IMG/VR virus record: IMGVR_UViG_3300029908_000004
Location: 151,292 to 215,291 of that record
Length of the DNA: 64,000 bases
Strand: one strand, 5' to 3'
The position numbers were made by a program, and so were the translations under genes. This document shows positions 62,021-64,000 of this stretch, piece after piece. Each line of letters starts with the position of its first letter. Positions within the stretch are counted from its first letter, which is position 1. The notes beneath the pieces are model-generated. The model made no database searches. It had not been told where the DNA came from and worked only from the letters and a program-made list of their open reading frames with translations.

Positions 62021-63999
62021 TAATCCATCCTATCTTCAAAGTCAGATAAGTTTAGTTCTGGTACGAACATTGTGTCACCACCAGCTTCACGCATATAGGT
62101 TTGAATAGATAGTTCCTCTTCTAGAATTCTCTCTACGAACCAGTGGATATCTACTTCTCTTGCGCGTCGACTACCAACTTTACGATCTAACGCTTGTTCA
62201 GCAGCAACCATCTTACTATAAAACACATTGAAGATATGTTCGTCTAAAGAGTTCTTTGACAACATGATATAAATTTCACAAGTTCTCTCCCTAGTCTGTG
62301 GAGCCATTACACGGCTCCAAGCTTGGGTTTGGAACGCTGGACTCCATAGCAAATCACAGCAAATAACTGTGTCTGCGGCGGACAAGTCTACACCCTCACG
62401 GATTGCTCTTGTACCAGCGATAAAGACCTTTACGTTTTTATCACTTTGGAATTTATCAAAGTTCTCTTTTCTTGCTTCATCATCCCAAGATGTTTGGAAT
62501 TTGATTATTTGCTCTGGTTTCAACAGAGGGGTTTTACCAGAGGATAGATTTTTGTACACTGATTCATGCATAGCACGGAAATCACTAAGGATAAGGACCT
62601 TACCTTCTTCCTCAATTTTATCACTTACTATTTGACGAATCTGCGACATCTTTCCACCGCCAGCGACTCCTTTATATATCTCCCTACCAAGCTTCTCGTT
62701 CAACATCTCTGGGCAAGTAGAAGCAATTTTCATAGTAGTCATTTGACTTATGACTAAGGTAGAATTGATCTGTTGATTCTTCTTATCCGCCTCACTAGCC
62801 ATCTTCTCAAAGGTTTTCTTAAAATCTTTGATAGAAGACAGCATTAGTGCCGCCTGATATGGATCCATTGGACAGACTACCTTCTGTACATCTGCTTTTG
62901 GCATCATTCTACCATTAGCTACGAGAGTTTTCTTAAATAGAGGATCTTCGTAGTTACGACGAATGATTTTACTAGCCATGAAGGTCCAGAATTCTGGTGG
63001 ATTCTTCAGGAATGGAACACGTTTTCTAACAAGCTTCGTTAGTTGAACTTGTTTACCATTCTTATCGGTTTCCACACCTGCTGAACGTTCTAATGTAACA
63101 GAATCACAATACTTATAGTCGAACTCTTTTTCACCTTCTCCCCTAAAGTAAGGGAATTGTGAGCTTGGTCCGTTCTGTGTATAATGCAATGGCCAATAAG
63201 CGTCCATTGGTGAATTAGAGATTAAAGTTCCAGTTAATCCTATTTTCCTACGAGATCTTAGATTAAATGTAGCTTTAGAACTTTGTGTAAGATCGTCCTT
63301 ACAGTTATGTATTTCATCTGGTATAACTAATGTATACTTCTTCATTAGTCTCTTGTATCTACCGGGTGTCCAATTACCATCAGCTACATGACACTTAGGA
63401 CAATAACGTCCTTTTATCCTCCAGTCATAACAGTTTGCATGAGCAGCTAATTCATAATCTACATACCCACCAGTATGTTTGATCAACTTATCAGATTGCC
63501 ATGCACTACCAATATTTTCCCTATTGTCTGTAACATAGGAACATTTCTTGTTAAGACATCTATAGCCTCTAGACTTAGTCCATTCCATCTTTTCAGAAGA
63601 TTCTGATTTAACAAACCTTTGTAATGGTTGCTTACAGTGTGGACATAGATTCTCTAGTTTTATAGCAGTCCATAGCTTAGTAATTTTATCCTTCACATCA
63701 CGAGTGGATGGCTTTAGCTTACCAGCCCAATCTTGACGTGCTTTCCAACAAGGGTCGTCTTCCTGTCTTAACCACGTATAAGAATATAAATGGTACTTAG
63801 CTTTACTCTTTGTATCTGCCCAATTACGAATGGATATGAAATCTTTACCTTCTTTAAAACCTAATCGTTCGAATTCCTTCTCCCAGAAGATTCTGGCATT
63901 GCCCGGGGCTACAATAGCTACTTTCTTGCTACCAACTAATTCAGCATAAGCAATAGCAAAAGATGTCTTAGCCATACGCATAAGATAAGCATTGATAAC
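62020..63999 (-). CDS. SNF2-like SF2 helicase with inserted Zn-finger region (5'-partial)
   Basis: Frame open to the window end (VINAYLMRMAKT, motif I). IVAP, IPDEIH, LTGTLISN, KVLILSDF, EGVDLSAAD, WSP...QAWSRV. CPHC/C...C/CPKC insertion. Confidence 0.88.
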   Translation of the reverse strand, partial: VINAYLMRMAKTSFAIAYAELVGSKKVAIVAPGNARIFWEKEFERLGFKEGKDFISIRNWADTKSKAKYHLYSYTWLRQEDDPCWKARQDWAGKLKPSTRDVKDKITKLWTAIKLENLCPHCKQPLQRFVKSESSEKMEWTKSRGYRCLNKKCSYVTDNRENIGSAWQSDKLIKHTGGYVDYELAAHANCYDWRIKGRYCPKCHVADGNWTPGRYKRLMKKYTLVIPDEIHNCKDDLTQSSKATFNLRSRRKIGLTGTLISNSPMDAYWPLHYTQNGPSSQFPYFRGEGEKEFDYKYCDSVTLERSAGVETDKNGKQVQLTKLVRKRVPFLKNPPEFWTFMASKIIRRNYEDPLFKKTLVANGRMMPKADVQKVVCPMDPYQAALMLSSIKDFKKTFEKMASEADKKNQQINSTLVISQMTTMKIASTCPEMLNEKLGREIYKGVAGGGKMSQIRQIVSDKIEEEGKVLILSDFRAMHESVYKNLSSGKTPLLKPEQIIKFQTSWDDEARKENFDKFQSDKNVKVFIAGTRAIREGVDLSAADTVICCDLLWSPAFQTQAWSRVMAPQTRERTCEIYIMLSKNSLDEHIFNVFYSKMVAAEQALDRKVGSRRAREVDIHWFVERILEEELSIQTYMREAGGDTMFVPELNLSDFEDRMD

Positions 64000-64000
64000 A

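Noticed and set aside
1263-62757. Numerous antisense or nested short ORFs in the track (e.g. 2379-2894, 9573-10037, 40335-40820, 53414-53932)
   Set aside because: They shadow well-supported genes and lack RBS, motifs or operon coupling.
1-64000. Stop-codon reassignment
   Set aside because: Code 11 gives dense long ORFs, and TAG/TGA stops abut the next start (e.g. 5153/5154, ATGA overlaps). The split at 51371 is a frame change, not an in-frame stop.
1-64000. tRNA genes, introns, inteins
   Set aside because: No cloverleaf or T-loop signature in the short gaps, and no intein or homing-endonuclease motifs recognised within primase, RecA or helicase. By-eye check only.

Overview
64-kb segment of a large, AT-rich tailed phage with a contractile-tail (myovirus-type) baseplate, standard genetic code, no tRNA, CRISPR or intron detected. 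Bases 1-39848 are a tightly coupled + strand virion module: two giant hydrophobic putative ejection proteins, a stand-alone ClpA/B-D2-type ATPase, a hub/lytic-transglycosylase fusion, gp25- and J-like baseplate proteins, many Ser/Thr/Pro-rich structural proteins, fibre proteins, two signal-peptide-bearing Cys-rich proteins (one an SGNH esterase) and a Vsr-like nuclease. Bases 40087-64000 are a - strand transcription/replication/accessory module: an unusual sigma70-like factor, resolvase-like nucleases, Cas4/AddB-like nucleases, a nucleoside deoxyribosyltransferase-like protein, primase-helicase, RecA, an AAA+ ATPase, a GC-rich imported island, a radical SAM/DUF2997/2xDUF1257 cluster and an SNF2-like helicase. 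Top findings: (1) the 1641-aa protein at 5623-10548 carries the ordered beta and beta-prime motifs of a single-chain two-barrel RNA polymerase with a variant GADDDLD catalytic loop, so it is a candidate virion RNAP; (2) a dispersed AAA+/DUF1257x2/DUF2997/radical-SAM system of unknown function; (3) a sigma factor with a winged-helix-like insertion in region 2; (4) apparently exported, Cys-rich proteins within the fibre module; (5) CCWGG avoidance. All family calls come from motifs recognised by eye, not from database searches.
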